From contig NW_024704743.1 in the NCBI RefSeq assembly GCF_018977255.1, forward strand, positions 18,292,001 to 18,356,000: DNA of 64,000 nucleotides, in the 5' to 3' direction. The notes under the pieces were generated by a model. It saw only the letters and a program-made list of their open reading frames with translations, was not told the origin of the DNA and did not search any database. This DNA is from Callorhinchus milii. Lineage: Eukaryota. A program made the position numbers and the translations under genes. Within the stretch, counting starts at the first letter, position 1. Every line of letters starts with the position of its first letter. This document shows, piece after piece, positions 63,392-64,000 of the stretch.

Positions 63392-64000
63392 ACAACCATC
63401 TTGGAACAAGTCCTTCAGTGTACATTCACATAGCAACGTATCCTTACTCAGAGGCCACCCTCATATAAAAGCGACTTTGGCCAAGTCCCTTGGGAGGTTG
63501 TTGAAGACAAATTATATGAATAAATGACAAACTGTTCTATTTAAAAATCGCACTCTTGTTAATGTACACTCAATACAGTAAACCTCACATAAGCCGTTTC
63601 AGTTGGGACCGTACTTTTAATATGACTTTTTATACATGCAAAATATGAGTTACGTTAATTGATCATATACGACGAATGTAAAGTGATATAAGTGAGATTT
63701 CACATGACTAACATATACCGAACTAGCTGGTGACATTAAGAAAGGTTTCTGTACCATGTTTAACACATGCATATTAAAGCTATGATAGCCCATTCTTCCC
63801 ACACACAGTACTGCACAGTAATGTACCTCATGTGCAGAAAAATTTACTGCACAATGAATGGCACAACCGAACAGGTTTCAAAACAGAACAGTTTTATTAC
63901 AATATAAACTCTTGCAAAGAATTACAATATTAACACTGGAGCTGAATAATCTATCACTTTTTAAGAAAATGTTGTGTTAAAAATGTTAAGTCAGACATAA

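Noticed and set aside
63400..64000. Next upstream EGF exon
   Set aside because: No EGF-like Cys pattern with splice sites found; it probably lies beyond the window.
1..64000. CRISPR arrays, operons or other prokaryotic-type systems
   Set aside because: No regularly spaced repeat-spacer structure; the sequence is intron-exon eukaryotic DNA.

Overview
Vertebrate genomic DNA, not prokaryotic. The repeat landscape (Deu-type and tRNA-Ala SINEs, L2 and CR1 LINE remnants) suggests a cartilaginous fish, probably a chimaera such as Callorhinchus; this is an inference. The whole window lies inside one minus-strand gene, cubilin (CUBN). I traced 27 consecutive coding exons from 63078 down to 350, equivalent to human exons 12-38 (numbering recalled). 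They encode the last two EGF repeats, CUB1-CUB12 and the first half of CUB13. All splice sites are GT-AG except one GC-AG donor. Exon phases are consistent except for a 1-nt deficit in the CUB5 exon near 48822 (exons total 4529 nt where 4530 is needed). That is either a homopolymer sequencing error or a real frameshift in the ligand-binding region. The introns are dense with nested retroposons, an unclassified poly(A)-tailed repeat family of about 0.6 kb, decayed MITE-like elements, a 123-bp inverted duplication beside exon 20, and repeat-poor enhancer-like islands. I found no evidence of a new multi-gene system; most ORFs in the supplied track are intronic or repeat-derived.
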